A stretch of DNA of 64,000 nt from an uncultured Clostridia bacterium (GCA_964481555.1 CAYZTP010000001.1:38576-102575); one strand, 5' to 3'. Shown: positions 18,861-28,083, counted from the stretch's first letter. Translations and numbers: made by a program. The notes: a model not told the origin generated them from the sequence alone.

Positions 18861-18896
18861 AATATTCCGCAATGGCGGGACGGCAAGGAAATTCAT

Positions 18897-19634
18897 ATGA
18901 AAAAAGAAATTCTGAGATTTCGGGACGTAAATCTCACCTACCATACGAAACGAGACGAAATCACAGCGACGGAACATCTCGCTTTTTCGGTAACGGAAGG
19001 AGAATTCGTTGCGATTATAGGACCTTCCGGTTGCGGGAAAAGCACGTTGCTTTCGCTTGCCGCGGGGCTTTTAAAACCATCCGCAGGGACGGTGGAAGGC
19101 AGCGGAAGCGTAGGATATATGCTGCAAAAAGACGAACTTTTCCCTTGGCGAACCATCGAAAAAAATCTTTTTCTGCCGCTTGAAATTAAGAAAATGAATA
19201 CGGCGGAAAACAGAAACCGCGTCCGCACGCTCGCCGAAAAATACGGCTTGGGAGAATTTTTGCAAAATTACCCCTCGCAACTGTCGGGAGGAATGCGCCA
19301 ACGCGCCGCGCTGATCCGCACGCTCGCGCCAGATCCCGAAGTATTGCTTCTCGACGAACCTTTTTCCGCGCTCGATTACCAAACCCGTTTGAACGTGACG
19401 AAAGACGTTTCGGATATCATCCGTAAAGAAGGAAAAACGGCGCTGCTGATCACGCATGACATCTCCGAGGCGATCTCCCTTGCCGACCGGATTCTCGTGC
19501 TCACCGACCGCCCCGCTCGTGTCGCGCACACGCACGACATGAACTTCGGGGAGGTTACCGATCCGCTGAAACGCCGTGAGCAGCCGCAATTTTCAGGATG
19601 GTTCGAATTATTGTGGAAGGAGTTAAACACATGA
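18897..19634 (+). CDS. ABC transporter ATP-binding protein (SsuB/TauB-like)
   Basis: Walker A GPSGCGKST, signature LSGGMRQR, Walker B LLLDEPFSALD. Confidence 0.9.
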   Translation: MKKEILRFRDVNLTYHTKRDEITATEHLAFSVTEGEFVAIIGPSGCGKSTLLSLAAGLLKPSAGTVEGSGSVGYMLQKDELFPWRTIEKNLFLPLEIKKMNTAENRNRVRTLAEKYGLGEFLQNYPSQLSGGMRQRAALIRTLAPDPEVLLLDEPFSALDYQTRLNVTKDVSDIIRKEGKTALLITHDISEAISLADRILVLTDRPARVAHTHDMNFGEVTDPLKRREQPQFSGWFELLWKELNT

Positions 19635-20443
19635 AAAATACATTGCGCTGCTCTCCGGAGCATAAGCTTTTTTTAAAAAAACGCAAAAACAGACTCATAC
19701 TCGTTTGGGCGCTGCGGCTTGGACTGCTTGCCGCGCTGCTTGCGATATGGGAACTTTCCGCGGTATGCGGATGGGCGGATCCCTTTTTAACAAGCTCCCC
19801 GTCCCGCATCTCCGCCACGATCGCTTCGCTCTATGAGGAGGGTACGCTCTTTTATCATATCGGCGTCACACTTGCCGAAACGCTGATCGGTTTTGCCGCC
19901 GCAGTAATCATCGGCTGCGTCGCCGCACTTGCGCTTTGGTGGAGCGATACTTTACGGAAAGTTCTCGAACCCTATATCGTCGTTTTAAACGCATTGCCTA
20001 AAATCGCGCTCGGGCCGCTCGTCATTATTTGGTGCGGCACAGGGAGCAAGGCGATCGTGTTCATGACGATTTTAGTCGGCGTCATCATCGTCGTCATGAG
20101 TATGCTCTCCGCCTTTCTTGCAACCGACCAAAACAAAATACTTCTCTTACGTTCGATGGGCGCAAGCAAACTGCAAATTTTACAAAAGTTAGTTCTTCCT
20201 TCCGCCCTTGCCTCGTTTATTTCCATGCTGAAAGTGGCTGTGGGCATGAGCTGGATCGGCTCGATCATGGGCGAATACATTGTTTCGCGGGCGGGGCTCG
20301 GCTATCTGATCGTTTACGGCGGGCAGGTATTTAAGCTTGATCTCGTCTTGGGGGCGACTTGTATTCTGTGTCTGTTGGCGGCTATCATGTACTTTCTTGT
20401 CGCGCTTTTGGAAAAGATACTCGTAAAGAATACAGAGAACTGA
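19631..20443 (+). CDS. ABC transporter permease (SsuC/TauC-like)
   Basis: Multi-TM BPD-type permease. The ATG at 19631 overlaps the ATPase stop (ATGA). Confidence 0.85.
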   Translation: MKNTLRCSPEHKLFLKKRKNRLILVWALRLGLLAALLAIWELSAVCGWADPFLTSSPSRISATIASLYEEGTLFYHIGVTLAETLIGFAAAVIIGCVAALALWWSDTLRKVLEPYIVVLNALPKIALGPLVIIWCGTGSKAIVFMTILVGVIIVVMSMLSAFLATDQNKILLLRSMGASKLQILQKLVLPSALASFISMLKVAVGMSWIGSIMGEYIVSRAGLGYLIVYGGQVFKLDLVLGATCILCLLAAIMYFLVALLEKILVKNTEN

Positions 20444-21349
20444 AAAAAACAATCCCGCCGCACCCGAAACGGGATAAAATATCGTTACGACGCCCGTTAA
20501 TCCGAGGCGCGAAAACGCCATTGCCGCAAGGAGCGTAACGCTCCTTGCGGCAAATCTTTTTTTTCCGTCGAAACGATCGCAAACGCATAAAAGAGGATAA
20601 AGCGCAGAAGCAAGCGACGTCAATATCGCAAGCGCGGCGGCAACGGAAAACAATTTGCTACCATGCATGACGTATAAAAACGGCAGTTCGGCGTTGATCG
20701 CGTCGGCGCCTTCCCGAAATATTTTACCGAGCACGCACACCGCGCTTACCGCAATGCATACCGCCGCGCATAAAGCGGGCGGAACGATTCTCTTGATCTG
20801 CGTGCCCGCGTCCATCAGCACGGGCGCGGCGAGAAAACCGTTCATCCCCGCATAGACGATTCCGCCGAAAAATTTTCCGTGCGGAAGGAAAGTTCCGGCA
20901 AAACTCAGCTCGCCTCCGCCGAAAAATACAAAGCAAAGCAACAACGGCACCAAAAGCAGGTTGAGAAGGGATATCCCCTTTACGCCTTTTCTCAAAAACA
21001 TAAGCGCCGCCGCAAGTCCTGCAGCGGAGACAAACGGCGCGGCGGAGGGACATAAGCCGTCCAATCCCGCAAGCATACCGGCGCACGGTATAAAAGAAAA
21101 TATCGGTAAAACGGTAATCACGATAGGCGCGCCCTTCCCGAATAACGCTTCCATGGCGTTGCGATATCCCCCGTGCCGTTTTCCGATAGACAGAAAAAGC
21201 AGACATATCGTAAAAAAAACCGAAGAAGAAAGCAATACGGAAAGAACAAACTGATCGGTTTGAAAAAAACGAACCAGTTCCGCGCCCGATAAAAATCCCG
21301 CGCCGATTGTCGTCCCTACGATGAACAGCGTCGCTTTCAAGAGTCCCAT
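20189..21349 (-). CDS. YkvI-family membrane protein with an unusual hydrophilic C-terminal tail
   Basis: N-terminus GLLKATLFIVGTTIGAGFLSGAELVRFF and about 10 hydrophobic segments. The frame stays open to 20189, which is 255 nt inside the convergent permease gene. Confidence 0.7.
   Translation of the reverse strand: MGLLKATLFIVGTTIGAGFLSGAELVRFFQTDQFVLSVLLSSSVFFTICLLFLSIGKRHGGYRNAMEALFGKGAPIVITVLPIFSFIPCAGMLAGLDGLCPSAAPFVSAAGLAAALMFLRKGVKGISLLNLLLVPLLLCFVFFGGGELSFAGTFLPHGKFFGGIVYAGMNGFLAAPVLMDAGTQIKRIVPPALCAAVCIAVSAVCVLGKIFREGADAINAELPFLYVMHGSKLFSVAAALAILTSLASALYPLLCVCDRFDGKKRFAARSVTLLAAMAFSRLGLTGVVTIFYPVSGAAGLFFSVLCILYEYLFQKRDKKVHDSRQQTQNTSRPQDEIKLKYLPAVNDQIAEPRPRNNVFAHDRADPAHAHSHFQHGNKRGKGGRKN
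20521..20564 (+). terminator. strong intrinsic terminator of the ABC operon, embedded in the convergent YkvI-family ORF
   Basis: Perfect 15-bp stem TTGCCGCAAGGAGCG-TAA-CGCTCCTTGCGGCAA followed by ATC and T8. Confidence 0.85.
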
Positions 21350-21407
21350 TGGCAATTTTTATGTCTGTCATAGCGAAAATATACGAATTTCTAAAAAATT
21401 TTTATCG

Positions 21408-21434
21408 ATTATGTCAGACACAATACTCTGCAAC
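21408..21434 (-). promoter_or_regulatory. recurrent 27-nt motif, copy F (upstream of YkvI-family gene)
   Basis: Minus strand reads GTTGCAGAGTATTGTGTCTGACATAAT, 58 nt upstream of the ATG at 21349. Confidence 0.45.
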
Positions 21435-21436
21435 GC

Positions 21437-21466
21437 TTGACAAATGATGTCGGTTTATGTTATAAT
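21437..21466 (+). promoter_or_regulatory. sigmaA promoter of the PadR-fusion gene
   Basis: TTGACA (21437-21442), 18-nt spacer, TATAAT (21461-21466). The RBS is TAAGGAGG. Confidence 0.8.
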
Positions 21467-21473
21467 TTGTCAA
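21437..21473. promoter_or_regulatory. 9-bp inverted repeat bracketing the promoter (candidate PadR operator)
   Basis: TTGACAAAT (21437-21445) and ATTTGTCAA (21465-21473) are exact reverse complements. Confidence 0.45.
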
Positions 21474-21495
21474 ACAAGATTAAGGAGGCGATCTT

Positions 21496-23625
21496 ATGGC
21501 AGACGATTCGCGGAACGAGATTGCAAACGCCGACGGTTATGAGTATGATTTGTTCGACGTTGCGGCCGGCAACGAGCCTTTTGACAAGCAAAGCGAACCC
21601 GAGGATTTTGCGGAGGACGAACCCGCCCTTTCCGCCGAAAACGCCGAACCGGAAGATGAAAAAACCATCAGTTCCGATTTGATTCGGGGTCACATCAATA
21701 CGATCATCCTGCGCGCCCTTTACGACGGCGATAAATACGGATATGAAATTCTTGCGGATATCGAACACAAGAGCCACGGGCAATACGCGTTAAAACAGCC
21801 CTCTCTTTACAGCGCGTTAAAACGATTGGAACGCGAAGGATACATCACGTCTTATTGGGGCGGCTCGGTAGGCGGCGGAAGAAGAAAATATTTTTCACTG
21901 ACGGACGAGGGAAAAAGCATTTCCGAACGAAACCAGACGGAATGGGAATATTCGCGTACGGTAATCGACAATCTGATATCGGACAAGGATTTTGATTTTG
22001 AAAACAACGAAGCCCCCTCTGCGGTGAATATGCGCGTTCTAAGGCAATCCACTACTCGCGTGATGGGACATTCCGATACGGAGGAGCGTGACGAAGAGAC
22101 GCCTTCCGAAGAAGAAGCCGATTATATCGAAGAGGAGCCTCTTGAGGACGAAGGGTTGATCCGTCAGCGCGCGGCTTTTGAGGAGGAACGACAGCGAATC
22201 GAAGAAGAACTCCGCAACCGCGAGGAAGAGCTTCGTTCACGGGAAGAGTTGTTCCGCGCCGAAGAAGAAGAGCGGAATAAGGCGATTGCCGAACAAGCGG
22301 AACAAGCCCGTCTTGCGGAAGAGGCTCGGTTAAAGGAAGAAGCGCGTCGCATAGCCGAAGAGCGCGCGGCGATCGAAGCGGAAGCACGCAGACTTGAAGA
22401 AGAACGCGTTCAGCGCGCGGAAGAAGCAAGGCTTGCCGAAGAGCGCGCGTTGAAAGAGGCGGAGGAAGAACGCGCCCGTATGAAAGCGGAAATAGAAGAG
22501 CGCGCCCGCTTGGAAGAAGAACGCGCCCGTGCCGCGGCTCTTCAAGACGAAAAAGAACGGCAAAATGCGCGCATTGTGGAAATGGAAGCTTTTACAAAAG
22601 AGCGGGCGCAATATGAGAAAATGTTGCGCGACCAAGAGTCTGAATTTAAATCCCGCCACGAAAAGGAACTTGCCGAACAAGAACGCCGTATTCGCGCGGA
22701 GGACGAGATTTTGTTCCGTCAGCGCGAACAGCAGATGATTCATCAAAATTATCTGAGTCTTGTAAACGTGCCTACGCCGGAGGAAGCTCCCGCACCCGCA
22801 CAATCCTTATATACGCCGGAAAATCATACCGCAAAACAAGCCGCTTCTAATCCGGAAACGGAGCGCGGTTACCGTTCCGTTATACAAAAGCTGTATGCAA
22901 AATCGATAAGGAAAGAAGCGGAGACTGCGACTGTTCCAGTTGCTCCTCCCGCGCCGAAACCGTCTCCCGTAGAGTCGGCGCCGAAAAGTCCCGCGCCGAA
23001 ACCCGCTCCCGCTGTCGCCCCCGTCGCCACGCCCCCGCCCAAACCGGCGGCTTCCGTTCTCGCTTCCAAAACGGAACCGAAACGGGAAAACGTCGCCCGT
23101 CCCATCGGTAAAATTGATTTTTACGATTTGGAAACGCGCGCCGCGCAAGACGGTATTCGCATTTCGACTGCGGGCGGCAGATCGCGCGAAGTAACGCAGA
23201 CCGTATCGTACAATCTTGTTCATAAAGGGAAAGCGCTCTTTTTCAGCGCGCTGGTTGTATTTCTTCTCTGCATTGCCGAGGGTAGTTTGACGTTGGGATT
23301 TCAAAATTCCTTAAACCTTCCCCGCTTTTATCCTTATTTTATTTGGGGGACGGGATTGGCGTTGCTGTTGATTACGGGACTTGCCTATGTGAACCATTAC
23401 GGAGAACGCGCTCTGCGATCGACGGGCAATTTACTTGTTAACACCATTGTATCGTATGCGCTTTGCGTCATAGTGATTTTGATCGTCGCGCTTGCCGTAC
23501 AAATCGATTTCGGCGAAATCGGACAACTAGCAACTTATATTATCATTCCCGCCGTTTATTTCTTCGGGATCATCGTGTTTGGACTTGTGTATTATATGCA
23601 GATTCGTCCAAACAACGAAGATTAA
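21496..23625 (+). CDS. PadR-family wHTH fused to a long E/R/A-rich helix, a Pro-rich linker and a 4-TM C-terminus
   Basis: The PadR core is LIRGHINTIILRALYDGDKYGYEILADIEHKSHGQYALKQPSLYSALKRLEREGYITSYW. About 200 aa of EERxRxEEE repeats follow, then PAPKPSPVESAPKSPAPKPAP, then four hydrophobic helices. Confidence 0.8.
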   Translation: MADDSRNEIANADGYEYDLFDVAAGNEPFDKQSEPEDFAEDEPALSAENAEPEDEKTISSDLIRGHINTIILRALYDGDKYGYEILADIEHKSHGQYALKQPSLYSALKRLEREGYITSYWGGSVGGGRRKYFSLTDEGKSISERNQTEWEYSRTVIDNLISDKDFDFENNEAPSAVNMRVLRQSTTRVMGHSDTEERDEETPSEEEADYIEEEPLEDEGLIRQRAAFEEERQRIEEELRNREEELRSREELFRAEEEERNKAIAEQAEQARLAEEARLKEEARRIAEERAAIEAEARRLEEERVQRAEEARLAEERALKEAEEERARMKAEIEERARLEEERARAAALQDEKERQNARIVEMEAFTKERAQYEKMLRDQESEFKSRHEKELAEQERRIRAEDEILFRQREQQMIHQNYLSLVNVPTPEEAPAPAQSLYTPENHTAKQAASNPETERGYRSVIQKLYAKSIRKEAETATVPVAPPAPKPSPVESAPKSPAPKPAPAVAPVATPPPKPAASVLASKTEPKRENVARPIGKIDFYDLETRAAQDGIRISTAGGRSREVTQTVSYNLVHKGKALFFSALVVFLLCIAEGSLTLGFQNSLNLPRFYPYFIWGTGLALLLITGLAYVNHYGERALRSTGNLLVNTIVSYALCVIVILIVALAVQIDFGEIGQLATYIIIPAVYFFGIIVFGLVYYMQIRPNNED

Positions 23626-23705
23626 CGGCAAGAAGCCTTTTCTTAATATTTTTCTTCATATTACGAAAGCCGCATAAAACGTACTTTAATATAATAGAAA
23701 ATATA

Positions 23706-23742
23706 AAAAAGCGAAGAAACTTTAAAATTCTTCGCTTTTTTA
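23706..23742. terminator. bidirectional intrinsic terminator (PadR-fusion gene / glk)
   Basis: AAAAAAGCGAAGAA-N9-TTCTTCGCTTTTTT. Confidence 0.8.
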
Positions 23743-23819
23743 TATTTCTTTTTTATGCGGTAAATTCCTTATGAAAACTACGGCAATGCGGCGTTTCCTT
23801 TCTTTGATTATAATTACGA

Positions 23820-24767
23820 TTATAATTGTTCGACCGCAAATTGCGCCGCGCCGTAAATCCCCGCGTCGTTTCCGAGGGAAGCGGCGGTTATCGTGAGAGG
23901 AGCATAGGAGTTAGAAATATAGATCCCGGAATAGACAAATTCACGCAAAGGCGCAAGCAGCGTTTCGCCTTCCGCCGCGATTCCTCCGCCGAGAATGACA
24001 GCCTGCGGTCTAAGTAAATTGACAAGGTTTACGATTCCTTCTCCCAACGCGGCGATATATTCCCGAAAAACGTTTTGAGCCGCGGCGTCCTTTTCCTTTA
24101 ACGCATCAAACACCGTTCTGCCGTCCGCCTGTTCAACCGACGAAGCAAAACGCCACAATGCGCTTTGCGGGTGAGAACGCATTGCCTCTTGCGTGAGCGA
24201 GACGAGCGCGCGTGCGGAAGCATAACGTTCGAAGCAGCCGCGCCTGCCGCAAGTGCATAATTCACCGTTCTGACGGATGATCATGTGCCCGACTTCCGTT
24301 CCGGCGCTGCGGTAGCCTTCGAACAATTTCCCGCCGAGAACGATTCCTCCGCCGATTCCCGTTCCAATCGTAATCAACAAACTGTTTTCATAACCCTTTC
24401 CCGCGCCGTACTTCGCCTCGCCGTAAGCCGCAGCGTTCGCGTCGTTGAGAACGAACACGCGCTTTCCGGTATACCGTTCCACATAAGAAGCAAGCGGTAC
24501 GTCGTTCCAAGCGAAATTCGACCAAAGAGCCACCGTTCCGCTGTCGCTGTCTACCACGCCGGGAGAACCGATTCCGATTGCCTGTACTTCGTCGAAAGAG
24601 CAACCTGCGGTTTCCGCCGCTTTTCGGCTGAGCTGAGCGAGCGCAAGCGCAGTCTCTTCGGGGGAATTTTTCGCAGAAGTGGCAACGCTGCATTTTTCGC
24701 TCAATTTCCCTTGGCTGAATAAAGCCGCCTTGGCGGACATACCGCCCAAATCAATTCCGACAATCAT
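23820..24767 (-). CDS. glcK: ROK-family glucokinase
   Basis: MIVGIDLGGMSAK ATP-binding N-terminus and ROK zinc motif CTCGRRGCFE. Start set to ATG 24767, behind a GAGGA RBS. Confidence 0.85.
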   Translation of the reverse strand: MIVGIDLGGMSAKAALFSQGKLSEKCSVATSAKNSPEETALALAQLSRKAAETAGCSFDEVQAIGIGSPGVVDSDSGTVALWSNFAWNDVPLASYVERYTGKRVFVLNDANAAAYGEAKYGAGKGYENSLLITIGTGIGGGIVLGGKLFEGYRSAGTEVGHMIIRQNGELCTCGRRGCFERYASARALVSLTQEAMRSHPQSALWRFASSVEQADGRTVFDALKEKDAAAQNVFREYIAALGEGIVNLVNLLRPQAVILGGGIAAEGETLLAPLREFVYSGIYISNSYAPLTITAASLGNDAGIYGAAQFAVEQL

Positions 24768-24775
24768 TTTATCCT

Positions 24776-26218
24776 CTATTTCGCTTTGTAAATTTTTAAC
24801 CATTCTCCCACACGGGAAACAAATTCCGCGTTATTCGCAGTCTTTTTCAACATATCGATCAATCCTTCCGTCTGATCCACCATTCCCCTCTCGCGCAATT
24901 TGTACACCGCTTCCATCGTTTCTTTGGAGAGAAGCAGTTCTTCCTTTCTTGTGCCCGAACGGCGGACGTCGATCGCGGGAAAAACGCGGCGTTCCGCAAG
25001 ATCGCGCGACAAGAATATATCCGCATTGCCTGTTCCCTTGAATTCTTCGTAGATAACGTCGTCCATGCGGCTGCCCGTGTCCACCAAAGCGGTCGCTAAA
25101 ATGGTGATACTTCCCGCGCCCACCAAATTTCGCGCAGAGCCGAAAAAGCGTTTGGGTTCGGCTAACGCGCCCGCGTCCAATCCGCCGGAAAGCGTTTTTC
25201 CCGAGTTTTCCGCAGCGTAATTGTACGCGCGCGTCAATTTGGTTAAAGAGTCGAGCAGGATCACGACGTCTTCACCTTGTTCCGCCAACCGTCTCGCGTG
25301 CGCAATCGTAAGCTCCGCCGCGCGAATATGATGTTCCGCGCCTTCGTCGAACGTAGAATAGATCACCTCCGAATCTTTCACGCTTGTTTTAAAATCGGTT
25401 ACTTCTTCCGGACGTTCGTCGATGAGTAAAACAATCAGCCGTACGTTTTTATGGTTTTCGGACACTGCCCGCGCGATATTTTTAAGTAACGTCGTTTTAC
25501 CCGCTTTGGGCGGAGCGATAATCAACGCGCGCTGACCTTTACCGATGGGAACAAATAAATCGAGCATACGAAGGGAAAGTTCATTCGCGTTTGCGGAAAG
25601 AAGAATTTGTTCGTTGGGATAAGCGGCAGTAAGAGCGTCGAAAAAGGGACGCTGTTCATATTGACCTACGGACCGTCCGTTTACGGTGAACACATCTTGC
25701 ACGGCGGCGGATTCCCCCTTCGTTTTGGGCTTTACGCTGCAAGACACAAAATCTCCTTCCCGCAATTTCATGGCATGAATTACGGGAGAAGGGATAAACA
25801 CGTCCACCGCATTCGTCGGCTGGCAATTGTTCGCGCGCAAAAATCCATAACCGCCCTGCATGATTTCCAAAATCCCCGTATAAATCGGTTGATCGAAAAA
25901 ACTCCTTACGGGTTCGGAAGACCGCACTTCAAACATAAACGGTTCCTCTTTTTCCGTTTCGAACGATCGGCGGATATCGGCGATTTTTTGTATCACGGAA
26001 GGGTCAAGATAATTTTGTTTTACGGGAGCGCCCCTCTTCGAACGCGATACGGGCTGTTCTTTTCCCGTCAAAATGAGAGTAAGCCCCTCTACGATTTCGT
26101 CTTTACTGCCGAAACACCGCGACGGGACTCCCTGCGATCGTCCCAACACACGCAGCGTCGTTAAAGGCAACGTCTGTAAATATTCCTTAAATTTTTCTTC
26201 CATTGTCTCTTGCGCCAT
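24776..26218 (-). CDS. rho: transcription termination factor Rho (with extended N-terminal region)
   Basis: Walker [12 protein letters not shown], Rho RNA-binding and ATPase core. At 480 aa it is about 60 aa longer than the minimal Rho. Confidence 0.93.
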   Translation of the reverse strand: MAQETMEEKFKEYLQTLPLTTLRVLGRSQGVPSRCFGSKDEIVEGLTLILTGKEQPVSRSKRGAPVKQNYLDPSVIQKIADIRRSFETEKEEPFMFEVRSSEPVRSFFDQPIYTGILEIMQGGYGFLRANNCQPTNAVDVFIPSPVIHAMKLREGDFVSCSVKPKTKGESAAVQDVFTVNGRSVGQYEQRPFFDALTAAYPNEQILLSANANELSLRMLDLFVPIGKGQRALIIAPPKAGKTTLLKNIARAVSENHKNVRLIVLLIDERPEEVTDFKTSVKDSEVIYSTFDEGAEHHIRAAELTIAHARRLAEQGEDVVILLDSLTKLTRAYNYAAENSGKTLSGGLDAGALAEPKRFFGSARNLVGAGSITILATALVDTGSRMDDVIYEEFKGTGNADIFLSRDLAERRVFPAIDVRRSGTRKEELLLSKETMEAVYKLRERGMVDQTEGLIDMLKKTANNAEFVSRVGEWLKIYKAK

Positions 26219-26848
26219 TTATAACCGCTCCATTACAATAATTTTATGATTTTGTTCAACCGTTGCAGGGTCGAACTCGTTTCCGATATGCATAATTTCT
26301 TCCTTTTTGAAAAAATTCAAAAACGCGTCCGGCGAGGCAACATCAACCTGCAATCCCGCAACGTAATAATGCATGGGAATTGCAAATTTCGGCGCAACGG
26401 CACGCACGTATTCCGCAGCCTGCTTCGCGTCGATCGTGTATGTTCCGCCCACAGGCAAGAGCAACACGTCCGCATCGGCAATCGCGTCGACAATCCGTTT
26501 CTCGCACTTTTCTCCCAAATCGCCCAAGTGACATACGGTATAGCCGTCGATCCGAAATTTGAAAATCAGGTTTTCCCCGCGTTTTTTTCCGTGCACCTCG
26601 TCATGATAACTCTTAAAAGCACAAATATGAATATCTCCCGCCCGAAACTTCCCTTCCGAATCGAACACCGCAGACGCGTCTACGCAATCGATACGGTTAT
26701 GGTCGTAATGATTGTGACTGACGGTTACGGCGTTTGCGCGAAGGCGCGGCATATCCAAACCGATATTCCCGAAAGGATCGGTTACGATGCTCGTCCCCTT
26801 GTCCGACGTCAACACGAAACAAGAGTGTCCTACATATTTTATTTTCAT
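26219..26848 (-). CDS. MBL-fold metal-dependent hydrolase (UPF0173-like)
   Basis: MKIKYVGHSCFVL N-terminus and the HNHYDH metal motif. Confidence 0.75.
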   Translation of the reverse strand: MKIKYVGHSCFVLTSDKGTSIVTDPFGNIGLDMPRLRANAVTVSHNHYDHNRIDCVDASAVFDSEGKFRAGDIHICAFKSYHDEVHGKKRGENLIFKFRIDGYTVCHLGDLGEKCEKRIVDAIADADVLLLPVGGTYTIDAKQAAEYVRAVAPKFAIPMHYYVAGLQVDVASPDAFLNFFKKEEIMHIGNEFDPATVEQNHKIIVMERL

Positions 26849-27237
26849 GAATCCTCCGAAATTCTTTGAATTAAAATTTTTACTGAAACCTGCTGAACAT
26901 TTTTCGGAAAGCGCAACTCATAGGAAAGAAAAATTTGAATTTTCCTCTCGAAGACAACAGAATAATCGACGGTATAGACTTGGAAAGTTCCACTCGATCC
27001 GCCCGCAAACAACGTAGCCGTCGTGAGCTTTCGGGGTAAAAAATGTATTTTTAAGCGCGTTCCGCGCTTCATGACCATTCCGCGTTCCCACACACGGAGA
27101 CGCACGTCGTCCTCATCTTGACGATAAGTAAACGAAAACCCGTTTGTTTCGCAACGCAAACGCCCCTTCGTCGAAAAAACGAACTCTTCTCCGTCTCGAT
27201 GAGTCACGATTTGAATATTGCAACAACTATTATCCAT
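26845..27237 (-). CDS. DUF1934/YwiB-like small beta-barrel protein (tentative)
   Basis: 130 aa. Alternating beta-strand pattern and a 4-nt overlap with the MBL gene. Family assignment is by recollection only. Confidence 0.45.
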   Translation of the reverse strand: MDNSCCNIQIVTHRDGEEFVFSTKGRLRCETNGFSFTYRQDEDDVRLRVWERGMVMKRGTRLKIHFLPRKLTTATLFAGGSSGTFQVYTVDYSVVFERKIQIFLSYELRFPKNVQQVSVKILIQRISEDS

Positions 27238-27352
27238 ATTAAATCAAAATTTAAAATTTGTAAAGCGAATTTCGAAACTATTTTTCAAAAACGAACGCTC
27301 GAACGCCTGTCTTTCGCTGCAAAACAGCGTTTTCATTATCTTGTCTTTGCTT

Positions 27353-27379
27353 ATTATGTCAGAAACAGTACTATGCAAA
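27353..27379 (-). promoter_or_regulatory. recurrent 27-nt motif, copy C
   Basis: Minus strand reads TTTGCATAGTACTGTTTCTGACATAAT. It lies 26 nt after the DUF45 stop and 115 nt upstream of the ATG at 27237. Confidence 0.45.
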
Positions 27380-27405
27380 ATCGCCATATGCACACAAAAA
27401 ACCGA

Positions 27406-28035
27406 TTACGCCATCCAATCCATGCAATAGGCATACGTCTTTAGCCGCGCTCTGCGCTGTCTCCAATCTGGAAGCACGCGCTCCACTTCTTTCCAAAACG
27501 CCGCACCGTGATTTAAATATAACGTATGTGCAAGCTCGTGTACGACGATATATTCGTATAGCGGCGGAGGAAGAAACGCAATCCGAAAGGTATAAGCGAT
27601 TATTTTGTCTTTATTGCAGGAACCCCACCGTCCGCGAGCCGAAGAAATGCGAACTCTTTGAAAGGAAAATCCGTGACGACGCGCAATTTCCGCCGTAATC
27701 AAGGTCATAGAATTGAGAGAGAATTTTTTTAAAATCGTTTCAAGCGCACGTTCGCGCCCTTTTTGCGGAAGAAAAAGCTTGTCGGGCGAGAAACGCGGTT
27801 CCCCCGTCGCGATTTCGTAATTTACGCCGAACAAAGTTAAAATTTGTCCGTCCGATAAATCTAACGGTTTACGGTTTTTTTGTTCCGCTACGCGTTTTTT
27901 AATCCAGGGACTATGTTTTTCCAAAAACCGTGCAATGTAATCTTCCGAGACGCCATAAGGCGCGCGTACAATTATTTCCCCGCCGCGCGCAACCGTTACC
28001 GAAAGCGTTTTTCTGTTGCTTCTCAATATAAGCAC
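27406..28035 (-). CDS. DUF45/YgjP-like zinc metallopeptidase-fold protein
   Basis: HExxH in YIVVHELAHTLYLNHGAAFW. Preferred start is GTG 28035, 5 nt after GGAGG. ORF-track start 28083 is a TTG inside the promoter. Confidence 0.75.
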   Translation of the reverse strand: MLILRSNRKTLSVTVARGGEIIVRAPYGVSEDYIARFLEKHSPWIKKRVAEQKNRKPLDLSDGQILTLFGVNYEIATGEPRFSPDKLFLPQKGRERALETILKKFSLNSMTLITAEIARRHGFSFQRVRISSARGRWGSCNKDKIIAYTFRIAFLPPPLYEYIVVHELAHTLYLNHGAAFWKEVERVLPDWRQRRARLKTYAYCMDWMA

Positions 28036-28054
28036 GGCAACCTCCGTTGAATCG

Positions 28055-28083
28055 ATTATACCATATTCAATCAGAAAAAACAA
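28055..28083 (-). promoter_or_regulatory. sigmaA promoter for the DUF45 gene
   Basis: Minus strand reads TTGTTT (28078-28083), 17-nt spacer, TGgTATAAT (extended -10, hexamer at 28055-28060). Confidence 0.65.

Noticed and set aside
20724-21371. A 215-aa alternative-frame ORF on the minus strand overlapping the YkvI-family gene.
   Set aside because: It is out of frame with a clearly membrane-protein-like ORF. Its translation is Arg/Gly-rich with no hydrophobic periodicity and there are no start signals.
22140-22560. A highly repetitive GAAGAAGAACGCGC-type nucleotide stretch that superficially looks like a tandem repeat or array. It produces overlapping antisense ORFs at 22052-22429, 22164-22352 and 22330-22803.
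   Set aside because: It lies in frame within the PadR-fusion ORF and encodes the E/R/A-rich helix. There is no fixed repeat unit or spacer structure. The antisense ORFs are artefacts of the purine-rich coding strand.
22885-22900. A partial match (TATGCAAAATCG) to the 5' part of the recurrent motif, inside the PadR-fusion coding sequence.
   Set aside because: It is only a 12-mer match to copy C, it lacks the palindromic half, and it is on the opposite strand relative to the other copies. I used it as a reminder that short sub-matches occur by chance.
27246-27336. A 30-codon minus-strand ORF (MKTLFCSERQAFERSFLKNSFEIRFTNFKF) between motif copy C and the DUF1934-like gene.
   Set aside because: It has no SD and no recognisable features, and the region is AT-rich so short ORFs are expected. 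I kept it only as a note in case TSS data show a leaderless start there.
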